DNA from: a virus
Length of the DNA: 64,000 nucleotides
Virus record (IMG/VR): IMGVR_UViG_3300045988_173726
Coordinates: 192,001 to 256,000 of that record
Direction: 5' to 3' (one strand)
In this document: positions 39,137-47,325 of the stretch, one piece after another
Numbering within the stretch: the first letter of the stretch is position 1
How the letters are laid out: every line of letters starts with the position of its first letter
Made by a program: the position numbers and the translations under genes
Notes under the pieces: generated by a model
What the model saw: only the letters and a program-made list of their open reading frames with translations
The model's database searches: none
What the model was told of the DNA's origin: nothing

Positions 39137-41098
39137 ATGCAGAGAGAGCGTTTAACGCTTGCTGTGCTTGTAGGTGCGATGGTGCTTGGCTTGTCTGGGT
39201 GCAGAGATACAGGGCATCGTAAACAGAATAACGATTATGTGGTAGGGTACATAGATAAAAATATGTACCCTATTTATAATTTGCGACAGGATGCTAAGTT
39301 CACTTATCGTGCAAACGAGCCGTTAGAAGTAGAGTGCTTCACAGACAGCAGTTTATCCGAGGATTCAAAGGCAGAAATCATTGTAACGCCAGACGGAGCA
39401 GAGTCTAAGAGTAGGGATGGTGTGCTTTATACGGTACAGCCCGTAAGGGAATGGGAGCGGGATAAGGCATATTACCTTAGGGTCGGAAAGACGGTAATAC
39501 CGTTTCGGACAGCTTCGATTGCGGAGAAGCCCGTGCTTGGGTATAGCATTTCAGATAACGGGGAGTTGAGCCTTATCTGGAGCGAGGTAGCAGGGGCTAC
39601 GGGGTATAAGATATATAAGTCGGGTCGGGATTTATGTACAGTTCCGAGCAGTCCGCTCCTGTTTCGGGATTTTTCTCTAAACGGCTCGCACGGAATCGGG
39701 AAAGTGAGTAACGAGGTTACGCTGTATCAGAACTACGGGTTAGCGTGGGACGATGTTTATTCGGTTTCGGCGGTAGTCGGGGATAGGGAGAGTGCAGAGA
39801 GTAATCGTTTAGCGATAGCGGATATTGCGGGGATGTTGCCTGTTAAGATAAGCGAGGACACGCTAAAGGTAGGTTCAGAGGTTTCGAGGACGAAGGATTT
39901 GCCGCGTTCGGTCGGGGTAGAGATGCTAGACGGCGGGGTAGTGCGGCAGAGCATTGAGTATGAGATAGACGATTCGACAAGGTATAACAGTAATGTGTAT
40001 TACGGTTATCATGTGCTTGGGACAGAGCTTCGGGGTTATGTTGAGATAGCTGTCGGAGACAGAGGAGCATTGCAGGGTAGGATTGAGAACGGAATCGAGA
40101 CTTATGCAGATGCGATGTCGCCGCTTGCTGTTAAGCAGGACGGGGGAAAAGAGCTTTGGGGAGCTGTAAAGTCGGTTTATCTAAATGCCTATGTAAGTAA
40201 GGGCGAGGGAGAGAGCGAGAGTGCTGGCTTTGAAGAGTATTTGATAAGCGCTTTGAAAGCACACGAGACAGAGATAAGTCTTAAGGGGTATCCAGAGTTT
40301 ACGGATACGGATAGCTTGCAGGGGGCTGTAACGCGGGCTTTGTCGCAGAATCTAATTTACGGGGTCGAGCGGGTAGCCTTAAACTCCGATAGGACGGGTT
40401 TAACGGTAGAGTATACGGATAAGGCGTTTGAGCGTCAGGTAGAGATATACAAGTCGATTTCTGGGGTGAAGATAGACGGCTTGTCGGATATGGATGCGGA
40501 AGCCAAAGAGGATGCGCTTTATAAGTATGTGAATGACAACTTCCAGTATGAGGAGGGGTCAGATATATACGATATGGTAACAGAGGGAAGAGGGGACGCG
40601 GTAGCATATGCGCAGTATTTCAAGGATTTGTGCCGATATAACGGGGTAGACGCAGACATTGTAACGGGGTGTATGTACGGCAGGCGACACACTTGGAACA
40701 GCGTAAAGCTCGGGGATTCTATCGTTTATGTAGATGCGGTAAACTGCTTTAAGAATACAGGCGTTACGCGAATTTGTTATAACATGAGTCCCGAGTATGC
40801 GAAGAGTGTCGGGTATGTAAGCGACAGGTTTATAGAGGGAAGTGATAACAGCCACGAGTATTACAGCCAGAACGGGCTTGTAGCCACGAATTTAGAGGAG
40901 TATAGGAATCTGGTTCGGGGAGAGCTTGATAAGGGCAAGAAGGTAATCACGATTCGGTATACGGGAGATGAAATTCCGTCTGGTGAGATAACGAGTAATG
41001 TAGCGGAGGTATATAAGGCGGCTGGGAAAGAGAGTTTATTAAAGACGCTTCGGTTTGGGGACGGGTTAGGCTATTATGTCCTCTGGAACGAAGAATAA
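39137..41098 (+). CDS. lipoprotein with an FN3-like segment and a C-terminal transglutaminase-like fold (nucleophile Cys replaced)
   Basis: Lipobox LVGAMVLGLSGC|RD. ELSLIWSEVAGATGYKIYKSG is FN3-like. GRGDAVAYAQYFKDLCRYNGVDADIVTGCMYGRRHTWNSVKLGDSIVYVDAVN matches the G-x-C-x-x-[YF]-A...H-x-W...D core, with Ala at the Cys position. Confidence 0.6.
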   Translation: MQRERLTLAVLVGAMVLGLSGCRDTGHRKQNNDYVVGYIDKNMYPIYNLRQDAKFTYRANEPLEVECFTDSSLSEDSKAEIIVTPDGAESKSRDGVLYTVQPVREWERDKAYYLRVGKTVIPFRTASIAEKPVLGYSISDNGELSLIWSEVAGATGYKIYKSGRDLCTVPSSPLLFRDFSLNGSHGIGKVSNEVTLYQNYGLAWDDVYSVSAVVGDRESAESNRLAIADIAGMLPVKISEDTLKVGSEVSRTKDLPRSVGVEMLDGGVVRQSIEYEIDDSTRYNSNVYYGYHVLGTELRGYVEIAVGDRGALQGRIENGIETYADAMSPLAVKQDGGKELWGAVKSVYLNAYVSKGEGESESAGFEEYLISALKAHETEISLKGYPEFTDTDSLQGAVTRALSQNLIYGVERVALNSDRTGLTVEYTDKAFERQVEIYKSISGVKIDGLSDMDAEAKEDALYKYVNDNFQYEEGSDIYDMVTEGRGDAVAYAQYFKDLCRYNGVDADIVTGCMYGRRHTWNSVKLGDSIVYVDAVNCFKNTGVTRICYNMSPEYAKSVGYVSDRFIEGSDNSHEYYSQNGLVATNLEEYRNLVRGELDKGKKVITIRYTGDEIPSGEITSNVAEVYKAAGKESLLKTLRFGDGLGYYVLWNEE

Positions 41099-41191
41099 CG
41101 AAAAGGGTAACAAGAGAACAAAGCATACACTCTAAAATACCGACCTAGATTTTTGGCGTTGTAATGAAAATCTGGGAGGTGCATAGAGTGT

Positions 41192-41866
41192 ATGCTTTAT
41201 TTTGTTGGTTACGCAAGGAAGGAGTCCGAGACTAAGGCGCGGGTTTATTCCTGTAAAGAGGGGTGCATTTCAGACCTAAGCCTAGACAAGCTTTACGAGT
41301 ATACTAGGCTAAATCGCGTGCGGAATGCGAAGATGAGTGAGGGTGGCGTATTCGAGGTAAGCGGGTGCGAGGAGAAATACCCGAGTATCGACTACGACAG
41401 TGGGTATGTGTGGTACGGCGGGGTGGTAGTGGACGACAGTGTAGAGGATGGGGAGTCTGTCTATCATGTCGTGGACATAACAGGCGGGGAATCGGATATG
41501 CGAGCCTATGAGCTTCGGGATTTTACAAAGAGCGGTCTTTTAGGTAACGCAACGGTAGAGGGGGACACGGTAACGGTCGCCTCGTTTAATCCCGACAGAG
41601 TGCGCGAGGTATATGAGATGCGGGACAAGGTGTTAGATATATACTTGTCACGGCTTCGCGCGGTGAAAACATTCTTTGAGGCGTGTGATGCGCTTAAGAC
41701 AGAGCAGTATGAGTTAGATGATGAAGAGATTGAGCGATATTCCGAGGAGTTAAAGCGGCGTGCAGAGTATTTTATAGACGAGAGTTTAGCTAGCTCTGTA
41801 GTGCGCCGAGGAATAGCCGCGTCTCAAGGAAAGAATTGGCTTAGACAGGAGGAAAGCGATGCATGA
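41192..41866 (+). CDS. hypothetical protein
   Basis: 224-aa ORF with GGGAGG upstream. It contains two copies of the small recurrent module (e.g. YHVVDITGGESDMRAYELRDFTKSGLLGNATV). Confidence 0.55.
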   Translation: MLYFVGYARKESETKARVYSCKEGCISDLSLDKLYEYTRLNRVRNAKMSEGGVFEVSGCEEKYPSIDYDSGYVWYGGVVVDDSVEDGESVYHVVDITGGESDMRAYELRDFTKSGLLGNATVEGDTVTVASFNPDRVREVYEMRDKVLDIYLSRLRAVKTFFEACDALKTEQYELDDEEIERYSEELKRRAEYFIDESLASSVVRRGIAASQGKNWLRQEESDA

Positions 41867-42933
41867 GGGTAGTTAGGCACATAGCGGTAGCCTCGACTGT
41901 AGTAGCGTTTGTGGCGTTTAGTGGCGTGACAGCGTATGCGGCGGGGAATATCGCAGAGAACAGTACGATAGACTTTAACGAGGCTTCAAAGTACGGAGAG
42001 AAGGCAACGCCTGTGATTACGGACGGGAAGCTGGTGGTAAAGTCATCGCCCGATAGTAATGCGGGGGCGGTAGGAACGATGGCGGTCGGTTCGGCGGTAG
42101 ATGTAATGCGGTCGGATGACAGCGGGGACGGGTGGATAAAGATAAGCTCGAACGGCATTGAGGGGTGGGTAAAAGCCTCGGATGTAGTGACGGGCTACAA
42201 CATGGAGGCGTATGTCATAGACAACAGCGCGGTTTATCCGAGGGAAGCAACGATAATTGCGGATGGCGGGGCGACTCTAACGAAAGACGGGGGAGACAGT
42301 GCGTTAGCGGTCTTAAAAGAGAATGACACGGTAAAGATAGTTCGGGAGTCAGAGGATTATCTATATGTAAAGGCAGATAGGGGGCTAACGGGGTATATCG
42401 AGAAGAGTAAGGCGCGGGTAGACGAGCCAGAGTTTAAGGGAGCGGACAAGATAGAAGTTCCAAAGCCCGTAGTCCCGCAAGTCTCGAATCCGAATTACAG
42501 CGAGTATTATACTTTGCCAGACGACCCCGACACATGTAACGGGTATACGCCGAATAGCGAGACAGAGCTTCGGAAGGAGATATCGAATTACGGATTGCAG
42601 TGGCTAGGTCGTCCGTATGTGTTTGGTGGGACAAGTTTCGACACAGGAATCGACTGTTCAGCGTTTACGCAGAACATCTATCGGCAGTTTGGGATAAGTT
42701 TGCCGAGGACAGCGGCAGAGCAGGCTATGGTAGGCAGGGAGATAACGCAGAGCGAGCTAAGACCTGGAGATTTGCTGTTTTATTGGGACAGTGGACGAGG
42801 CTGTGTCGGACATGTAACGATGTATATTGGCAACAACAAGGTAGTTCATGCGTCAAATCCGAGGAACGGAGTTATCGTATCGAATGCGTTTTACAGAGCG
42901 CCTACAACGATACGGCGGTATATCGAGGATTAA
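41863..42933 (+). CDS. secreted peptidoglycan endopeptidase: signal peptide + SH3b repeats + NlpC/P60 domain (lysin)
   Basis: AGGAGG RBS and ATGA overlap. Hydrophobic N-terminus. SH3b-like GWIKISSNGIEGWVKASDV. NlpC/P60 motifs GRPYVFGGTSFDTGIDCSAF...GHVTMYIG...VVHAS. Confidence 0.85.
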   Translation: MRVVRHIAVASTVVAFVAFSGVTAYAAGNIAENSTIDFNEASKYGEKATPVITDGKLVVKSSPDSNAGAVGTMAVGSAVDVMRSDDSGDGWIKISSNGIEGWVKASDVVTGYNMEAYVIDNSAVYPREATIIADGGATLTKDGGDSALAVLKENDTVKIVRESEDYLYVKADRGLTGYIEKSKARVDEPEFKGADKIEVPKPVVPQVSNPNYSEYYTLPDDPDTCNGYTPNSETELRKEISNYGLQWLGRPYVFGGTSFDTGIDCSAFTQNIYRQFGISLPRTAAEQAMVGREITQSELRPGDLLFYWDSGRGCVGHVTMYIGNNKVVHASNPRNGVIVSNAFYRAPTTIRRYIED

Positions 42934-42944
42934 GAGAGAGAGGG

Positions 42945-42975
42945 GAGCGTCCTAGCGGGCGCTCTTTTTTGTTTT
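42945..42975 (+). terminator. rho-independent terminator
   Basis: GAGCGTCC-TAGC-GGGCGCTC (8-bp stem, tetraloop) followed by TTTTTTGTTTT. Confidence 0.85.
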
Positions 42976-43120
42976 AGGGGAAGCCGAGAGGGGCAGGGGA
43001 GGACAAGGGGGGTTTTAGGGACGCGGGCGGTAGGGTAGAAGTTTAAGGGTGGGGTGCTTGGACGATAAGAGACGGGTTTTAGGGGCGACAGGGTTTATCT
43101 GGCTAGGGGGGTAGCCTAGG

Positions 43121-43159
43121 ATTTCGATTCTGGCGTGTTTTCGCCCGAGAGTTTCTTAG
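43121..43159 (+). repeat. copy B1 of the ~40-bp intergenic motif
   Basis: atttcgattctggcgtgttttcgcccgagagtttcttag. Confidence 0.8.
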
Positions 43160-43370
43160 TATGCTTTGCTGTCTAGGGTCTTTAAGCTATCGGTGTAGGG
43201 GTGGGAGGGTAGTGCGAGAGATTCCTAGGTAATGTTAAGGCGAAAACGGGTAAGAGAACCTTTGTTCTATTCTGTACGGGGCGAGGGGGGTTTGTGGAAA
43301 AGTGGATAAGATTGTTAGTAAGATTGGGAGCTGTTCTGGTTTATGGGGTAGCAAGGGGGCGGCTACTCGC

Positions 43371-43410
43371 ATTTCGATTCTGGCGCGTTTCTGCCCGATA
43401 GTTCTTTAGG
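43371..43410 (+). repeat. copy B2 of the ~40-bp intergenic motif
   Basis: atttcgattctggcgcgtttctgcccgatagttctttagg. Confidence 0.8.
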
Positions 43411-43531
43411 AATTTAGGCGGGAAAGGTATTTAGGCTATAAGTGTAGCCTAAAACGTTTCCGTGCGTTCTAGGGGGCTTCTCGTGGCTCGTAGAGGGTCA
43501 TAGGACGAGGCATGAGTTTATTAGATTTCAG

Positions 43532-43560
43532 TTGTTTTAGGGAGGCATTTGTGGTAAAAT
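43532..43560 (+). promoter_or_regulatory. sigma-70/sigma-A-type promoter of the MTase pair
   Basis: TTGTTT - 17 bp - TAAAAT followed by ACTTAAATAGATAGCTAG, homologous to TAAAATAGGCTTAAATAGTATAACTAG at 22132. Confidence 0.6.
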
Positions 43561-43593
43561 AACTTAAATAGATAGCTAGACAGGAGGCTTGGG

Positions 43594-44601
43594 ATGGGAC
43601 GAAACAGCGAGCTAAATCGGGCGCGAGTTGGTAAAAATGACGAGTTTTATACAGATATGTCGGATGTTTCAAAGGAGATGGTGTGTCATAGGGAACAGTT
43701 TAGGGGAAAGACTGTGTTTCTTAACTGTGATGACCCAGTTACAAGCGCCTTTTGGGAGTATTTTCACTTAAATTTCGGGTTTCTCGGGCTTAGGCGGCTC
43801 ATTGCTACGCATTACGACAAGGATAAGCCGACATATAAGCTTGAGTATTGCGGTGGGGACGATAACGAGGTTCTTGTAGGGTATAAGACAGCTCTTATCG
43901 GGAACGGAGATTTTAGGAACGAAGAGTGCCTTGCACTCTTAAAAGAGAGCGACATAGTAGTTACAAACCCGCCGTTTTCTCTGTTTCGGGAGTTTATCGG
44001 GACGCTTATAGCATATGAGAAAAAGTTTATTATCCTCGGGAATATGAACGCAGTAACAGCGAAAGAGGTATTCGATTTATTCCGCGAGAATAAGGTCTGG
44101 TACGGTGATTCGATTCATTCTGGGGATAGACGATTTTATGTGCCAGAGAGCTATCCGCTTAACGCGGCTGGGTGCGGAGTCGATGCGGACGGTAGGCGGT
44201 TTATACGGGTCAAGGGAGTTCGCTGGTTTACGAATCTTCCTGTCAAATGTAGGTCTGAAAAGATTATTCTGTATAAGCAATACAGTGAAGCAGAATATCC
44301 GAAGTTTAATAAGTTTGATGTGATAAATGTGGACAAGACAGCGGAGATACCTGTGGATTATTCTGGCGTTATGGCAGTTCCGATTTCATTTCTCGATAAA
44401 TATAATCCAGAGCAGTTTGAGATAGTTACACTAAGAAAGTTATCGGACGGGAGTGTGAGAGCGTTTAGCGGGAACGAGGGAAGTGAGTTTCCCGTTGCTA
44501 CGAGGATAGCGGGGATGTTAAGGGGAAATGAAGGAGAGGTTGGAGATAGAACAACTTATGCGAGGATAACGATACGGGGGAAAGTCGGTGGCAGAGAATG
44601 A
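43594..44601 (+). CDS. adenine-specific DNA methyltransferase, EcoRI-methylase-like family (paralog 2)
   Basis: RARVGKNDEFYTDMSDVSKEM...GKTVFLNCDDP; VVTNPPFSLFREFI. It has a C-terminal extension relative to paralog 1. Confidence 0.8.
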   Translation: MGRNSELNRARVGKNDEFYTDMSDVSKEMVCHREQFRGKTVFLNCDDPVTSAFWEYFHLNFGFLGLRRLIATHYDKDKPTYKLEYCGGDDNEVLVGYKTALIGNGDFRNEECLALLKESDIVVTNPPFSLFREFIGTLIAYEKKFIILGNMNAVTAKEVFDLFRENKVWYGDSIHSGDRRFYVPESYPLNAAGCGVDADGRRFIRVKGVRWFTNLPVKCRSEKIILYKQYSEAEYPKFNKFDVINVDKTAEIPVDYSGVMAVPISFLDKYNPEQFEIVTLRKLSDGSVRAFSGNEGSEFPVATRIAGMLRGNEGEVGDRTTYARITIRGKVGGRE

Positions 44602-45463
44602 AAAGATAAATGAGCGGCTTAAGCGTGCAAAGGATAGGCAGGACGATGAGTTTTATACGCAGTATTCGGACATAGAGCGGGAGCTAAGATATTACGAGTC
44701 TAAGTTTGTCGGAAAGCGGATTTATTGTAACTGTGATAATCCGCTTGAGAGCGCATTCTTTCGATATTTTCACTTAAATTTTAATAGGCTCGGGCTTCGG
44801 AGTTTAACAGCAACACATCTTTCAGAGAATAGAGCCTTTTGTGCCAGATATACAGGGGAATGCGATAAGGATGTGCGAGTTTATTTATCAGAGCCGCTTA
44901 AGGGGGACGGTGACTTTAGAAGTGATGAGTGCAGGGAGCTATTAAAGAGTTCCGATATAGTTTGTACGAATCCACCGTTTTCTTTGGCAAGAGAATTTAT
45001 TGAGACACTGGTAACAGAGGACAAGTTATTTTTAATTGTCGGAGCGTTGCCTTGGCTCGGGTACGGTACGGTGTTTCCGCTTATTCGGGATAATAAGATT
45101 TGGGTCGGGATTAACGACATAACCGAGTTTATCCGTCCCGATGGGACTTTTCGGCATATCGGTTTCGGGCTTTGGCTCACGAATCTTGATAACGAGCGGC
45201 GGCATAAACGAATAGAGTTAAAGGCGCAGTTTTCTAGTGAAGCGTATACGAAATATGATAATTTTGACGCTATAAATGTGGATAAGGTAGCGGATATACC
45301 AAAAGATTATTTCGGAGTAATGGGGCTTCCTCTGCCGTTTCTGAAACAATATAATCCCGAGCAGTTTGAGATAGTGGGGTTTCGGAAAGGGAATGACGGG
45401 AAAGATTTGAGAGTAGGGGAGCAAGAGCTTTTTAGCCGAGTGTTAATTCGGAGAAAGGAGTAA
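44588..45463 (+). CDS. adenine-specific DNA methyltransferase, EcoRI-methylase-like family (paralog 3)
   Basis: GTG start overlapping paralog 2 by 14 nt. RAKDRQDDEFYTQYSDIEREL...GKRIYCNCDNP; VCTNPPFSLAREFI. Confidence 0.8.
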   Translation: MAENEKINERLKRAKDRQDDEFYTQYSDIERELRYYESKFVGKRIYCNCDNPLESAFFRYFHLNFNRLGLRSLTATHLSENRAFCARYTGECDKDVRVYLSEPLKGDGDFRSDECRELLKSSDIVCTNPPFSLAREFIETLVTEDKLFLIVGALPWLGYGTVFPLIRDNKIWVGINDITEFIRPDGTFRHIGFGLWLTNLDNERRHKRIELKAQFSSEAYTKYDNFDAINVDKVADIPKDYFGVMGLPLPFLKQYNPEQFEIVGFRKGNDGKDLRVGEQELFSRVLIRRKE

Positions 45464-45467
45464 AGGT

Positions 45468-45677
45468 ATGAGTGTAGATAAGTCGAATGAGGTAGCCGAA
45501 GAGGAGTTCTGGGGCAAGAAGAGTGCTAGGGAGTATGCGCTGTATGCTTTGTGTGACTACTTGTTAAACTTTCAGTTTCCAGTGTCCGTTGAAATGGGGT
45601 CGCACTTTGCAGAGGATAGTATACGGCGGAACGATAGGTTCAGTGTAGATATTGTCTATTACGTCTATTACGGTTGA
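45468..45677 (+). CDS. hypothetical small protein
   Basis: 69-aa ORF 5 nt after the MTase stop (AAGGAG within the upstream gene end). No motif. Confidence 0.4.
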   Translation: MSVDKSNEVAEEEFWGKKSAREYALYALCDYLLNFQFPVSVEMGSHFAEDSIRRNDRFSVDIVYYVYYG

Positions 45678-45874
45678 ATAGGCAGAGATAGTTTAGAGAT
45701 ACTTGATGCGCTTGGTATTTTCAGAGCAAAGGACGGTAATCCAAGAGTTTACGGTGATTGTGGCGTTTATGTTTATGCTCATGGTGTTTATAGGCTGTCT
45801 GTAGACGCAGAAGTATACATGGAAATGAACAATATTTGGAGAGAGGTTTTTCTTATGCAGAGAGGAAATGAGTT

Positions 45875-47035
45875 ATGAAGATTTCAGAGCGTAAATTAAA
45901 GGTTTCGGAGCTTGTGGCGGGCTATACCGATGACGGCGAGGACGGTGTTTTCGGATTTGGTGGGAAGCTTTCGATTCGTCCCGCATATCAGAGAGAGTTC
46001 GTTTATAAGGATGCACAGAGGAATGCGGTGATTGATTCGGTGCTTTGCGGGTATCCTCTGAATGTGATGTATTGGTCGAAGGTCGGGGATGACAAGTATG
46101 AGGTGCTTGACGGACAGCAGAGAACGATTTCGATTTGTCAGTTTATTAACAGCGGTTTCTCTATGAAGATAGACGGAAACGCGAAGTTTTATCATAATTT
46201 AACCGAGGATGAGAAGCAGATAATCCTAAACTACGAGTTATCGGTTTATGTGTGTGAGGGTAACGAGTCAGAAAAGCTTGCTTGGTTTAAGAGGATAAAC
46301 ATACCTGGGGCTGTTCTCACAGAGCAAGAACTTCTTAACGCGACATATACAGGAACTTGGCTTTCGGATGCGAAGAACTACTTTTCTCGGCGTAATTGCG
46401 TAGCTGGAAAGGTAGGAGAAGGGTTTATCAAGGGAAATCCGATACGGCAGGATTATCTTGAGAAAGCGTTAGCTTGGATAGCACTTCGAGACGGGTTAGC
46501 GAGTGGAGAGCAGTATATGGCGTTGCATCAGCATGACGCGGACGCAAGTGACATATGGCTTTATTTCCAAGAGGTGATTGCGTGGGCGAAGCGGTATTTT
46601 CCAGATATGGATAAGAAGCTCACGGAGGCACAGGATTGGGGCGCACTGTATACTAAGCATAAGACATGGAAGTATAATCCCAGTGAGCTAAAGAAAGAGG
46701 TTTCAAAGCTTTTGGAGGACGATGATGTAACGAAGCAGACAGGAATCATTCCGTATGTCTTATCGGAGAAAACGAGGCATGATGAGAGATACTTGTCGAT
46801 TCGGGCATTTTCCGACCAGATGAAGCGAAGAGTTTATCAGCGTCAGACAGAGGAAGCCGAGAAGAAGCACTTGTCAAACTGCCCGTATTGTGCGCAGGAG
46901 GGTCTTACTAAGATTTACGAGTATAGCGAGATGCAGGGCGACCATATAGTAGCGTGGCGAAACGGTGGAAAGACGGTAGAGAGTAACTTGCAGATGCTCT
47001 GTGCGGCTTGTAATAACGCAAAGAGCGGGAAGTAA
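45875..47035 (+). CDS. DUF262 (ParB/Srx-fold, GmrSD-N-like) + HNH nuclease fusion
   Basis: DGQQRT motif (YEVLDGQQRTISICQF). C-terminal HNH: CPYCAQ...GDHIVAWRNGGKTVESNLQMLCAACNNAKSGK. Confidence 0.8.
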   Translation: MKISERKLKVSELVAGYTDDGEDGVFGFGGKLSIRPAYQREFVYKDAQRNAVIDSVLCGYPLNVMYWSKVGDDKYEVLDGQQRTISICQFINSGFSMKIDGNAKFYHNLTEDEKQIILNYELSVYVCEGNESEKLAWFKRINIPGAVLTEQELLNATYTGTWLSDAKNYFSRRNCVAGKVGEGFIKGNPIRQDYLEKALAWIALRDGLASGEQYMALHQHDADASDIWLYFQEVIAWAKRYFPDMDKKLTEAQDWGALYTKHKTWKYNPSELKKEVSKLLEDDDVTKQTGIIPYVLSEKTRHDERYLSIRAFSDQMKRRVYQRQTEEAEKKHLSNCPYCAQEGLTKIYEYSEMQGDHIVAWRNGGKTVESNLQMLCAACNNAKSGK

Positions 47036-47048
47036 GAGGGATATAGAC

Positions 47049-47225
47049 ATGGCGAGAGAGAAAAGAGACGGAGAGTTTAGGAGTTTGAATGTGCGGTTAC
47101 CAGAGGAAGTTCTAGATAAACTTGACGAGTACGCAAAGGAGTCGCGGATTCCGAAGAACGCGATAACGGAGCTTGCTTTGAGTGAGTATCTGGACGCGCG
47201 GCTTAAGAGGAGCAAAGGGAAGTAA
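47049..47225 (+). CDS. ribbon-helix-helix (CopG/Arc-like) DNA-binding protein
   Basis: AAGAGGG RBS before ATG 47049. FRSLNVRLPEEVLDKLDEYAKESRIPKNAITELALSEYL fits a beta-strand / helix / helix RHH pattern. Confidence 0.6.
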   Translation: MAREKRDGEFRSLNVRLPEEVLDKLDEYAKESRIPKNAITELALSEYLDARLKRSKGK

Positions 47226-47325
47226 GAGGACAAAAAGAGGAGGAGAGCCGTTTTTAGGGGGATGAATAGCCTAGCGGCTCTTCCTTTGGCTTACAGGGCT
47301 TTTGGTAGGTAAGGGGGATAGGGAG

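Noticed and set aside
43121-43410. Whether the repeated 40-bp motifs could be a CRISPR array.
   Set aside because: There are only two local copies about 250 bp apart, plus one distant copy. The copies are imperfect, the spacing is not regular, and there are no cas genes.
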